From assembly GCA_032718475.1 (NCBI GenBank), contig JAUCBJ010002142.1, forward strand, positions 1 to 42,776: a DNA stretch of 42,776 bases. Direction: 5' to 3'. The position numbers and the translations under genes are program-made. Positions 24,831-35,849 of this stretch are shown here, piece by piece; position 1 is the first letter of the stretch; every line of letters begins with the position of its first letter. Below the pieces are notes generated by a model that made no database searches, was not told where the DNA came from, and was given only the letters and a program-made list of their open reading frames with translations. The stretch is from Nemertoderma westbladi (Eukaryota > Animalia > Xenacoelomorpha).

Positions 24831-27800
24831 GGGTCGTTCTCACAAAAAGTGGCCAAACTTTTATGTCAAAATGTCCATGCATTCGCACGGTTATATTTCC
24901 AAACGACACAGTTTTAACCCCATGAACCTATATACCAATCGGAAGAGCGGAAATCTGCTCATATTTCAGCAAATTTTCAACAGATTCCATTCACAACCTA
25001 GAGAATGACACCATTTCAAATATCGAAAATGCATGTTTTTTGAAATGTCACATTGAATTATTTTGAAATATTTGGCTTCTGAGCTAAAGCAATGGAAGCA
25101 AAGGTTCCACATACCATACATAAAAATAAAGCAAATTTAATGCTCTTTCACATACTATTGGTGGTTTTCAACCGATGCTACTCACATTTTATATATTTAC
25201 TATTTACTAACAATTAATTACGCCGTCACTAGGATTTTGTCCACCATGTAACGCTCGTTTTTATGACATGGTTTTTTTATATTTATTCACAACATCTCCA
25301 AGTGAGATATTTCTAAACGGCGATTTATTTAGCTATCAGCAGGTACAAAAATTATAAGAATTCGTTCATTAGAACTCGGGCGTTGTGCGAAAACGTAAAT
25401 CTACATAAAATACCGTCATTAGGAATGTCCTCAATGTAACGCTACTTTGAATAGCGATAACTTTTGCTTTACTATTCATATCGACACCATTGAGGGCTCA
25501 TATGAAAGAGCAATCGCAGATCTATCGAATCACATATTTGATTTTAATATAGTTTCAAAACAGACTATAGTCAACGCCATGCTAATGAAAAATGTCTTCA
25601 ATGTCCATCATGTAACGCATGTAACGCTGTCACAATCAATAGCGTTACACTTGAGACATGTCCATCATGTAACGCAGTTGGGCCTGAACATACCTAGCAG
25701 TACGAGTGGCGTTTCTTTTACAAATTAGGCAGTCAGGGTCAAATTAACAATAGTCGATGGTTTCTGGTTTTCAGTATTTAGTATAAACTACTGTAGTAGT
25801 CTCATGAGTTTGTTTACCTTTCTTTATTTCGGTTCTAAAACAGTACTTCTTAATCGTCATGTAATTACAATTGTCAAACGGAATTAAGCGTGTTGTGTCC
25901 GGTAAGAACTTCTCGATTGAAGTTAGTGATGGCGTTATAGGTGAAGGACTTAGAGATTAAGTTAGTGATGGCGTTACACGTGAAGGACTTAGAGATTAAG
26001 TTAGTGATGGCGTTACACGTGAAGGACATAGAGATTAAGTTAGTGATGGGATGGCGTTACACGTGAAGGACTTAGAGATTAAGTTAGTGATGGCGTTACA
26101 CGTGAAGGACTTAGAGATTAAGTTAGTGATGGCGTTACACGTGAAGGACTTAGAGATTAAGTTAGTGATGGCGTTACACGTGAAGGACTTAGAGATTAAG
26201 TTAGTGATGGGATGGCGTTACACGTGAAGGACTTAGAGATTAAGTTAGTGATGGCGTTACACGTGAAGGACTTAGAGATTAAGTTAGTGATGGCGTTACA
26301 CGTGAAGGACTTAGAGATTAAGTTAGTGATGGCGTTACACGTGAAGGACTTAGAGATTAAGTTAGTGATGGGATGGCGTTACACGTGAAGGACTTAGAGA
26401 TTAAGTTAGTGATGGCGTTACACGTGAAGGACTTGAGATTAAGTTAGTGATGGCGTTACACGTGAAGGACTTAGTTACACATGAAGGACTTAGAGATTAC
26501 GTTAGTGATGGGATGGCGTTACACGTGAAGGACTTAGAGATTAAGTTGGTGATGGCGTTACACGTGAAGGACTTAGAGATTAAGTTAGTGATGGCGTTAC
26601 ACGTGAAGGACTTAGTTACACGTGAAGGACTTAGAGATTACGTTAGTGATGGGATGGCGTTACACGTGAAGGACTTAGAGATTAAGTTAGTGATGGCGTT
26701 ACACGTGAAGGACTTAGAGATTAAGTTAGTGATGGCGTTACACGTGAAGGACTTAGTTACACGTGAAGGACTTAGAGATTACGTTAGTGATGGGATGGCG
26801 TTACACGTGAAGGACTTAGAGATTAAGTTAGTGATGGCGTTACACGTGAAGGACTTAGATATTAAGTTAGTGATGGCGTTACACGTGAAGGACTTAGTTA
26901 CACGTGAAGGACTTAGAGATTACGTTAGTGATGGGATGGTGTTACACGTGAAGGACTTAGAGATTAAGTTAGTGATGGCGTTACACGTGAAGGACTTAGA
27001 GATTAAGTTAGTGATGGCGTTACACTTGAAGGACTTAGTTACACGTGAAGGACTTAGAGATTACGTTAGTGATGGGATGGTGTTACACGTGAAGGACTTA
27101 GAGATTAAGTTAGTGATGGCGTTACACGTGAAGGACTTAGAGATTAAGTTAGTGATGGCGTTACACGTGAAGGACGTAGAGATTAAGTTAGTGATGGCGT
27201 TACACGTGAAGGACTTAGAGATTAAGTTAGTGATGGCGTTACACGTGAAGGACTTAGAGATTAAGTTAGTGATGGCGTTACACTTGAAGGACTTAGTTAC
27301 ACGTGAAGGACTTAGAGATTACGTTAGTGATGGTTTAAAGGATTCCGTTAACTATTTTGTACAATTATTGTTACAATAGTATGTATATTCATATTGTATG
27401 TATACAAATAATACAAACTAAATAATTTGCTGATTTGAAAAATATTATTTTCAGCCATTGGGTCGATAAATAAATCCGTAAAAAACCCGTATAAATATAA
27501 AATAAATCCGTACATGACATTAAAGTGACTGTTGAATTTCTGGTATATATTTTAAATGTCAAATCCTGGATACTGATTGGCTAACAAGTAGCGTTACATT
27601 CGAGACAACGAGTTAGATTGTGGGCGTTTTGTGAAATGAAGGCTGCTGATTGGCTAACAAGTAGCGTTACACCAGGGACAAAATGTTACATTGTGGACAA
27701 TAGTTTTTTGCAAATAAAACCTTACGACTTTACTAAATAAACGGCCCACTAGTGTATTCGAAATCGCCTCATCGAGTGCTCTCGAAATATGTATATATTT

Positions 27801-27871
27801 ATATGGTTTTGACAAAATAAATTTTGACAATTTTTTCTCAAAATTTTGGCCACTTTTTGTGAGAACAACCC
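24831..27871. mobile_element. Non-autonomous TIR element (Sola-like by TSD) inserted in the LINE
   Basis: TIR gggtcgttctcacaaaaagtggccaaa / tttggccactttttgtgagaacaaccc; 4-bp TSD ATTT; LINE sequence resumes on both sides. Confidence 0.8.
25918..27333. repeat. 39-bp satellite with structural variants
   Basis: Unit gttagtgatggcgttacacgtgaaggacttagagattaa; variants with a 5-bp ggatg insert or an internal partial duplication. Confidence 0.97.
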
Positions 27872-28462
27872 ATTTATTTTTAGCAATTGGCAATTTTTGG
27901 ACAAGATTCGAGGCTACATTAATTAAATAGTTATTGAATTACTTATATTCTTAGGCTCATGAATGAGCTCCCCGTTTTCCTGCAAGACTATATTAGATTT
28001 TGAATTTGTGCTTTTATACCCTAAAGATTTTAAAGTGATTTTGGATTATCCTTATTTTCATCAATTTTGTTGCACAAAAATTCGGATTTCGCTTTTTTAC
28101 TTTCACGCTGTACTAAATTCCTTAACCTACAGTAATTATTATAATCAGCTAAAATACCATATTTTCTAAATCAATACAATAAGCAATCCCTATCCTTTCC
28201 TGTTCTTTGTTTTAAGTTAACTTCTTTAATGGGTGCTACAGAATCAAGAGCGTTCAAAAATAAATTTTTAAAAATTGCATAAGCAAGGTTAATATTAGCT
28301 GCCTTAAAACATAGTTCCCAGTTGGAATTAATTAAAAGATTTATAAATTGTTGCTTACTGTAGTTCTTTAAAGACCTAATTTTGACAGTATTATATTCCC
28401 CAAAAAAAGAATTTTGAGATTTCCTTGTACAAAAAACAATAAAGTGATCACTTACACCTATT
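27872..28462 (-). mobile_element. Upstream part of the same CR1/L2-clade LINE (endonuclease end and linker)
   Basis: GVSDHFIVFCTRK...RSLKNYSK...LDSVAPIK. Confidence 0.8.
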
Positions 28463-29355
28463 ATGACCCGTAATATAGTGTCATTTTCTGATGACACGGA
28501 CCCCCCCCCCCCCCCCCCCCCCCAAATTGTTTGAAATTTGAAACACAACTAGTTCAACTCACCGTGGTTGTTACCATGAAGCCGGAATTTTCGATTTCGC
28601 CTTTAAATTTTATTTATAAGCGTTTTAAAAAAGTGTCTTTTGCGAAATCGCACCCTCCGTATCGTGGCCATTCTTCACATTAGTCGCAATTTTTTCATAT
28701 CATTAAAAAGCTTGCGTTGCAAGGATTCCAAATATGTAACAATGTCCGAATTTCGTTGAGAAACAGCTGAGAAATAGGCGTTCAAAGATTGCAAGAATTA
28801 TTGTTCACTGCAAGCCATTTATTCTATTTAATAAATACACAATATTCTGGAACAATTTGTTTAAATGTATGATTAGCTACGCAGCATAGATATTGTATAG
28901 GCATACGACTGTTGCCAACCAACTCATAAAATAAATAACACATTCTAGAATTTTGTGTATTTATTTAATATAATAAATGGCCTGCAGCGAACAATAACTC
29001 TTGCAATATTTGAACACCTATATCTCAGCTGTTTCTCAATGAAATTCAGATATTGCTACATATTTGGAATCCTTGCAACGCAAGCTTTCTATTGATGTGA
29101 AAATGAAATGAAAAAAAATGAAAAAGAATGGCCACGATACAGAGGGTGCGATTTCGCAAAAGACACTTTTTTAAAACGCTTATAAATAAAATTTAAAGGA
29201 GAAATCGAAAATTCCGGCTTCATGGTAACAACCACGATGAGTTGAACTAGTTGTGTTTCAAATTTCATGCAATATGATAAAGATTTGTAGAGAAATTTGG
29301 GGGGGGGGGGGGGGGGGTCCGTGTCATCAGAAAATGACACTATATTACGGGACAT
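28463..29355. mobile_element. About 890-bp foldback (almost fully palindromic) element
   Basis: cccgtaatatagtgtcattttctgatgacacggaccccc... mirrored at the right end; arms pair for roughly 400 bp. Confidence 0.9.
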
Positions 29356-29455
29356 GGTGTATATAGTTCTACTGTTTTACAGTTAGGCAAGTTTTGTTAT
29401 AAAGTGTTGTATAATTAAATATTAACTTAATTATAGTAGTTAAAAGGGTGCTAAC

Positions 29456-30970
29456 CTGAATTCTGCACTCGGGGCAGACATATACTTTGCGGTAGTAAGG
29501 TTTACGACGGATACGTGTCATCTTACGACCAAAGCGTCGATTTTCGAGAAAGAATGATCCATTCAGGTTGTGTTCGGCCTTGAGATGTTGGAGTAAAAGC
29601 GAACTGGAAGGGAAGGTAGCCCAGCAACCAGGATGGGGACACACCAGGGAGTGGGTCACCAGCTTCGAGTCAGAAGGCCGTGATGCAGGTAGATCGAGGT
29701 AGTGGTCGTGGGGGAACGATTGTGGTACCGTGGGTGAACCAGCTGCGGTAGTGGTGGTAGGGGGTGGGCAGAGTTGTGGTACCGTGGGTGAACCAGCTGT
29801 GGTAGTGGTGGTAGGGGGTGCGGGGAGTTGTGGTACCGTGGGTGAATCGGTAGTGGTAGTGGTGGTAGGGGGTGCGGGGAGTTGTGGTACCGTGGGTGAA
29901 CCAGTTGTGGTAGTGGTAGTAGGGGGTGCGGGGAGTTGTGGTACCGTGGGTGAACCGGTTGAGATGGTAGGGGGTGCGGGGAGTTGTGGTACCGTGGATG
30001 AACCAGCTGTGGTAGTGGTGATAGGGGGTGCGGGGAGTTGTGGTACCGTGGGTGGACCGGTTGAGGTGGTAGGGGGTGCGGGGAGTTGTGGTACCGTGGA
30101 TGAACCAGCTGTGGTAGGGGTGCTAGGGGGTGCGGGGAGTTGTGGTATCGTGGGTGAACCAGTTGTGGTAGTGGTAGTAGGGGGTGCGGGGAGTTGTGGT
30201 ACCGTGGGTGAACCAGCTGTGGTAGTGGTGCTAGGGGGTGCGGGGAGTTGTGGTATCGTGGGTGAACCAGTTGTGGTAGTGGTAGTAGGGGGTGCGGGGA
30301 GTTGTGGTACCGTGGGTGAACCGGTTGTGGTAGTGGTGGTAGGGGGTGCGGGGAGTTGTGGTACCGTGGGTGAACCAGCTGTGGTAGTGGTGGTAGGGGG
30401 TGCGGGGAGTTGTGGTACCGTGGGTGAACCAGCTGTGGTAGTGGTGCTAGGGGGTGCGGGGAGTTGTGGTACCGTGGATGAACCAGCTGTGGTAGTAGTG
30501 CTAGGGGGTGCGGGGAGTTGTGGTATCGTGGGTGAACCAGTTGTGGTAGTGGTAGTAGGGGGTGCGGGGAGTTGTGGTACCGTGGGTGAACCGACTGTGG
30601 TAGTGGTGGTAGGGGGTGCGGGGAGTTGTGGTACCGTGGGTGAACCAGCTGTGGTAGTGGTGGTAGGGGGTGCGGGGAGTTGCGTATAATTAGGTAGGGG
30701 GGTGGGTAGGTTTGGATGATACGTGGATATTAATGGAACATGTGTCCGCGAGATGACCGTCGGAGTAGATGATGTTGTGGAATCCAGTGGAACAGATGTT
30801 GCTGTTAAAAAGTGTGGGTCTGAGTATGGGGTTGTTGTTTGGGGAATTGAATCTGGGGTAGTTGTTTGGGTGAGTGAGCCTGGTATTGTTTCTGAAGTGA
30901 TTGAAGTAGTTTTGGCCAGTGCTGAGTTTTTCGTAAAGAAGCATGGCAATTCTTCAAGAGGGGGAACCAC
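29456..30970 (-). CDS. Zinc-finger gene exon 4 (Pro/Thr-rich 18-aa repeats plus C2H2 finger)
   Basis: ttgcag|gtg and cag|gttag; 505 codons within ORF 29369..30976; contains CPHPGC..H....H and ends CPECRIQ, a finger completed by the next exon. Confidence 0.88.
29720..30683 (-). repeat. 54-bp coding minisatellite (QLPAPPTTTTTAGSPTVP, about 18 copies) in exon 4
   Basis: In-frame tandem repeats; two units are 6 bp shorter and keep the frame. Confidence 0.95.
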
Positions 30971-31029
30971 CTGCAATCGAGAACATATAGATATGTGAGC
31001 AGTTCGGTAGGGTTATAGCTGTGGGCTGG

Positions 31030-32195
31030 AGTTCTTACGCTACTACTACTATAATCGGCCTGCCGCATTGAAGCTGCACACAAAGATGCTATGCTGGCTA
31101 AGAAATATATTTTTGCCACCACCATGCAATCCATAATTGGCAAGCCCAATGCAGCGTGCATTAAGAATGATATCATAAGAATGCTAACAACAAAATTGCA
31201 CCGCCACAACTCCCTATCCCCCATGACTTTCTCGAGATTATCCTCATCTTCTAGGCCAGTGTTCTTAAGAGGCGTCTCAAGAAAGTCATAGACTGCCCAC
31301 CATGCTTATTTTCTCAATTGGGCAGGCTGGTACTCACGGCAAAAGTAATTTCCTGTAAAGCGGAGGCGGCTTTGTTCAATTATCAAGCTTGGAGGAACCA
31401 ATGAGACACCTCCAATGTTATATTGTGGCTGGTTTGAGATGTGTTCATTGTACTTGCCACAATGAACCCGGCGCAGCATTCTCGTTAAAGTGCCGTCCAG
31501 AGATTTGGTATCCTCTTCAGATAGAGCCCAGCATGGACTCCCATATAAGAGTACTGGTACTACTACAGCCATAAATAATCGAACCTTAAGGTTCCGTTTT
31601 ATTCTACTGGACTTTCAAATCCTGGACATGCTATTTAACGCTGCCCATATGCCTTCCCCTTATGTATCCGAAGGTCTTCTTCACTGACTTCCGGATCCAT
31701 GATCCCAAGTAGCAATTGTCACCCACATGATCAAGCATATCATCATTTGAGATCATGCTCATACGATCAGACATTTCCTGAGGACTTTCGAAGTAAACTG
31801 TCAAAGTTTTGATCTTCTCAGAGTTAACATTACAAATAGATGGTCAACACTAGAAGCAACTTGCCCCATTGAGCAGAGGGAGCCGTTGGTCTCCCTCTAG
31901 TGATTCTGAGAGTACTCCTAAGTCATCAGCAAAGTCTAGATCAGTTAGGTACTTGGCAGGATTTCCTCGACTTCTGGAGCCAGTAGGTGGAGTTATCATC
32001 AACCCATCATCATTATGATGATCTAAGGACATGCGTAGAACATAGTCAACAACAATTATGAACAAGAATGGTGCAAGTGTGTCTCCTTGGAGGACGCCCC
32101 ATAACACTTCAAATGGTTCTGTGTCACCGTCAACAGTAGACACAAATGTTGTCAAACCATCGTATACTGATCTGATTGCTTCAATAATTTCATCG
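31030..32195 (-). mobile_element. Decayed RTE-like LINE family A, RT to 3' end
   Basis: GVLQGDTLAPFLF, DLDFADD, VPVLLYGSPCW; 32050-32195 is nearly identical to about 850-995. Confidence 0.9.
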
Positions 32196-32199
32196 TAGA

Positions 32200-32930
32200 A
32201 AGCCTAAATGGTTATCCTTATCCTTAGCTTTCTTTATTTATTTAGCTAAAATATGTTAACACTGTATATGTATATAACCAATTAATTGTTACGACATACG
32301 TACTGAAAAGGTAGTTCATTAAAAAAAAGTTTGGTTTAAATGGGAAGTAAGTGACTAGAAAAAAAGTATGGCTGAGAGAACTTTGTGCTTTTAGTTTTGA
32401 TATAAAAACTGCGGTTGATTGAATTTCTCGTATCGACGTTGGTATCTTATTCCACAAGCGTGCCTCAAATACCTCAAACGCACGCCATCCGAGAGTCTAG
32501 CGGAATCGTTGCTCGATCAGAGTAATGGATGTGAGGCTTCTGGTAACGAGACGCTCGCGTTTGACTTTGTGCGGGGGGACAGCATGTCGTGAATGTATTG
32601 TGGCGCGTGACCAGTTAAAGCTTTGTGAGTCAAATTATTTTGAATTCAATCAGTTTGAGAATGGGCGCAGCCAAATGGAGGTTCTGCTAGAACTCCATAA
32701 AGGAGTCCAATGCAGTAATCGATGCGAGAAGTGAACAGAGCATGAATTATAAACTCAACAGCCTTCGTACCTAGACACTTACGAATTGAACGGATGTTGT
32801 GGAGAGCAGCTACATAGATATACAGAGATAAGCGGCAGCTACATGTTTTCAATATGAATTTATTCATTTTCATCTCTGAGTCAAACCATGCCCCTAGGAT
32901 TCTTACCGACTTACCGACAGGAGACATCTA
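32200..32930 (-). mobile_element. Decayed L2-like LINE 3' fragment
   Basis: VRILGAWFDSEM, FTSRIDYC and WNKIPTSIRE motifs typical of the L2/CR1 ORF2 C-terminus. Confidence 0.75.
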
Positions 32931-33026
32931 GCTGGCCGAACATTAAATCACCTAATTAATTTATGAAATTACCTGATGGTTGAGATCAGCCTATTTTAAC
33001 TATTTATTATATTTGTGTATAATGTA

Positions 33027-33366
33027 TAATATTATGGGTTTGTTCAGAAGTGGAAAAATGAGAAAGCGCGTCACCGGGGGTTGAACCAGCGCTATAAGTA
33101 CGTTTCGGCCTATCAGGCCTCATCAGTAGCGCTAACCAGTTCAGCCACTAGCCCCTGACACTCACAGTCCCACCTAATCCACTTCTATTGAACAGGCAGT
33201 CTGAAGTTGCATATATTCTATCTCTAACGTACCTGAAATATCTGAAACGTACGTATAGCGCTGGTTCAACCCCCGGTGACGCGCTCTCATTTTTTCCACT
33301 TCTGAACAAACCCATAATATTACACCTTTAATTCCAGTTGCAACAGCTCCTCTCCAATTTATTTAA
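33027..33366. mobile_element. Penelope-like pLTR remnant with inverted arrangement
   Basis: 12-bp TSD gtgtataatgta (33015-33026, 33367-33378); about 80-bp inverted arms 33027-33106 / 33244-33322; contains a hammerhead core. Confidence 0.8.
33088..33133 (-). ncRNA. Minimal type I hammerhead ribozyme motif
   Basis: Minus strand reads AGCGCUA CUGAUGA GGCC UGAUA GGCC GAAAC GUAC UUA UAGCGCU: 7-bp stem I, conserved core, 4-bp stem II, palindromic loop III. Confidence 0.85.
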
Positions 33367-33381
33367 GTGTATAATGTAGGA

Positions 33382-33475
33382 CTTTATCTCACGCCGGTCC
33401 CGAGTGTTAATATTTCGACGAACGAGCGAAGCGAGTGAGTGAAATATTGAAACGAGGGACCGAAGTGAGATAAAG
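33382..33475. repeat. Imperfect hairpin capped by GCGAAGC, probably the end of a palindromic element
   Basis: ctttatctcac/gtgagataaag, cggtccc/gggaccg and aatatttc/gaaatatt nested pairs. Confidence 0.7.
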
Positions 33476-33923
33476 CTACTTTATACACAATATAAAATGT
33501 TGTTTTATTGATAAATTTCTGGATTACTTAACAGGATGTATAATAGATAATAGTAGCCATTTCTTATATTTGTATGTTTTGTTCACGATACACGAAACAT
33601 TTTCGCTATTATACCAAATTTCTAGAAGTATGTTCTAGACCTCTTAAATATGCTACAGAAAAAAATTCTGGAATACTTTTAAACACCAGCAAACATGTTC
33701 TAGAACAACAATTTAAAAATAGCAAAAACTAACATGTTGACGAACATACTAGCTAGTATAAAAAAATACCTTAAGGTAATTTCCTATATTAGGTAACTGC
33801 GACAAGAAATAGCTATAAATCACTCTATTAATAATAGTATCCAAGACAGCGTGAGCGGGAAATAAATAGGTGGATTACTTACCAATAAAAACTAATTAAT
33901 TTCTAATTAATTAATTTAATTAC

Positions 33924-34012
33924 CTGGCGATTGTGATCTTTATTTAAGTGTCGAATTAACGACTGTTTGTTCGAATATTTTCTCTGGCAACCATCTTCTC
34001 TGCATCTGAACT
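33924..34012 (-). CDS. Zinc-finger gene exon 3 (one C2H2 finger)
   Basis: ttttag|...|gtaatt; EFRCREDGCQRKYSNKQSLIRHLNKDHNRQ; phase 1 in, phase 0 out. Confidence 0.88.
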
Positions 34013-34204
34013 CTAAAAGGGAAAATATACAAACGGTATGTAATATAGTCACTTGGTGTCAAACTAGTGTTCAAAAGGGACCCACCCCGAACAATAAAAT
34101 AAAGTATGTTGATTATTTGGTAACAATAAACTCAGTAAACTAACTTTATTGATTTGCATGTTAAGTACCGTGAGCCAACTCAGTACGACGTGTACTTAAC
34201 TTAC

Positions 34205-34377
34205 CGCGATTATGAATGTGAACTTCTATTGGAGGGAGGACACCTCGTGTAGCCGATACGGAGGCTTTATTGGTCCCGGGAGGCGGTCTGTGGTGCGGGT
34301 GTTCGGTCTTTACATGGCGTTGGAGACTCTGGCGGTAACTGAATGTATGTTTACAATTATCGAAGTTACATCGAAAC
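34205..34377 (-). CDS. Zinc-finger gene exon 2 (one C2H2 finger)
   Basis: tttag|...|gtaag; translates FRCNFDNCKHTFSYRQSLQRHVKTEH...; phase 2 in, phase 1 out. Not in the ORF track. Confidence 0.88.
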
Positions 34378-34440
34378 CTAAATAAAAATATTTATCATGT
34401 AATGTTATATTGTGTTGAATTGCAACCATATTAATCATTA

Positions 34441-34520
34441 CAAGCAAAGTAAACAAAGCCGGAGGCGACCCGAAGGCTCCTCTTTCGATAGCCGATACTC
34501 GAGAGTTGGCGTGGGCGCTT
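34441..34520 (-). mobile_element. SINE 3' tail fragment
   Basis: gccggaggcgacccgaaggctcctctttcgatagc is identical to 41776-41810. Confidence 0.75.
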
Positions 34521-34569
34521 GTTTTGTTCTCAGTGAAACGACCCCCGCAGTTAGATTTTTAACCTCGGA

Positions 34570-35095
34570 GCAGCCTTGAATAGACTTTCCAGATTTGGAA
34601 GTCACATAGAATTAATCGGAAACTTTAGGTCCGATTATTTAGAGCAGCAGTAGTTCCAGTACTCCTCTACGGGAGTCCATGCTGGGCTCTAACTGCTGAG
34701 GACACCAAATCTCTGGATGGCACATTCACAAGAATGCTACGCCGGGTTCATTGTGTCAAGTACAATGCACACATCTCCAACCAGACACTATATAACATTG
34801 GAGGTGTCTCATTGGTTCCCTCAAGCTTGACACAAGAACAAAATCGCCTCCACTTTGCAGGACATTGCTTTCGCCGTGAGGACCAGCCAGTACATAATCT
34901 TGTACTTTGGCGGCCTCATGGAGTGAATAAGCATGGTGGACAGCCCATGACTTTCTTGAGACGCATCTTAAAGGACACTGGCCTTGAAGATGCGGGTGAT
35001 CTAGCAAATGTCATGGGGGATAGGGAGTTGTGGCGGCGCAATTTTGTCGACAAGCCGGCACAGCATTCATAAAAATGCAGCTGCAATGCAGCATG
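34570..35095 (+). mobile_element. RTE-like LINE family A 3' fragment
   Basis: ORF 34734..35072 (FAGHCFRR...DRELWRR), homologous to the copies at 19186 and 31030. Confidence 0.88.
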
Positions 35096-35116
35096 CCGAT
35101 CCTAGTAGTTGTTAAC

Positions 35117-35218
35117 CTCAGTTAGTTGAGCGCCGGGCCTGCAATCTATTGGTTGTAGGATGTACTGACCTGCCCCGCCAGGGTACACTCAACCTTTCAT
35201 CCACTGGGGTCGAAAAAT
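35117..35218 (+). mobile_element. tRNA-derived SINE 5' fragment
   Basis: Matches the reverse complement of about 41880-41970 with a small insertion. Confidence 0.78.
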
Positions 35219-35295
35219 CATTTCACAAACACAATATGAAAAATACAAAATAATATTTTCTAACTAACGAAATCACTTCAACGACGAATTGACTA

Positions 35296-35497
35296 CTCCT
35301 AAACATCAGCTGGAGACAACACATAACAAACGCCGAGCTTTATGGTACAATACCATCTGTACCAACCACCCTCCGTGAACGCAGATTAAGATTCAGTGGG
35401 CACTGCTGGCGAAGTAAAGACGAGGTCATACCAAATCTACTTTGCTGGAAACCAACTTTGCTTTGGAAAGCGTACCCGTGGACGACCAGCTATAACA
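35296..35497 (+). mobile_element. RTE-like LINE family B-related 3' fragment
   Basis: ctaaacatcagctggagacaacac matches the copy at about 36260-36290; encodes RRLRFSGHCWR. Confidence 0.75.
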
Positions 35498-35550
35498 TAG
35501 ACTTTTCAATAATGCTGTCTGTGTCTAGAGATGACAGTACACCGACTTAC

Positions 35551-35761
35551 CTTTTCACATACATTACTCTAGAAGAATCCGAATTGCCCTGGTTATTGTC
35601 GGGTGTAATGTCGGGGTCGTGAGCCGCCGGCTGGCAAACAGAATCCGGCTGGCTGCCAGTCACTGTAGAGCGGTCTACGGGTAACCCAACGGCTCCACTA
35701 TCAGCGTCAGGTGGTTGACAAGGTCGGCAGCAGCCTTTTCTCTTCCTGGTTTTATACAAAA
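35551..35761 (-). CDS. Zinc-finger gene, most 5' exon found (low-complexity N-terminus; possible ATG at 35564 or an upstream exon)
   Basis: tttcag acceptor and gtaag donor. Only one frame is open through the 3' end (..GNSDSSRVMYVK); it ends in phase 2, matching the next exon. Confidence 0.7.
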
Positions 35762-35849
35762 CTGAAATAGATAAAATGCGAAAATTAATTGATTTCTTAA
35801 TAATAATATTATTAATTTCTTAATATTATTAGCTATTTCAAATAACAAC

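Noticed and set aside
26447-27379. 310-aa ORF MALHVKDLEIKLV repeats
   Set aside because: By-product of the 39-bp satellite inside a transposon, antisense to the host gene.
28488-28497. CTGATGA in the foldback terminus (also 5098 and LINE-internal hits)
   Set aside because: No stem II followed by GAAA.
29730-30689. 319-aa plus-strand Gly/Val-rich ORF
   Set aside because: Antisense shadow of the exon-4 coding repeat.
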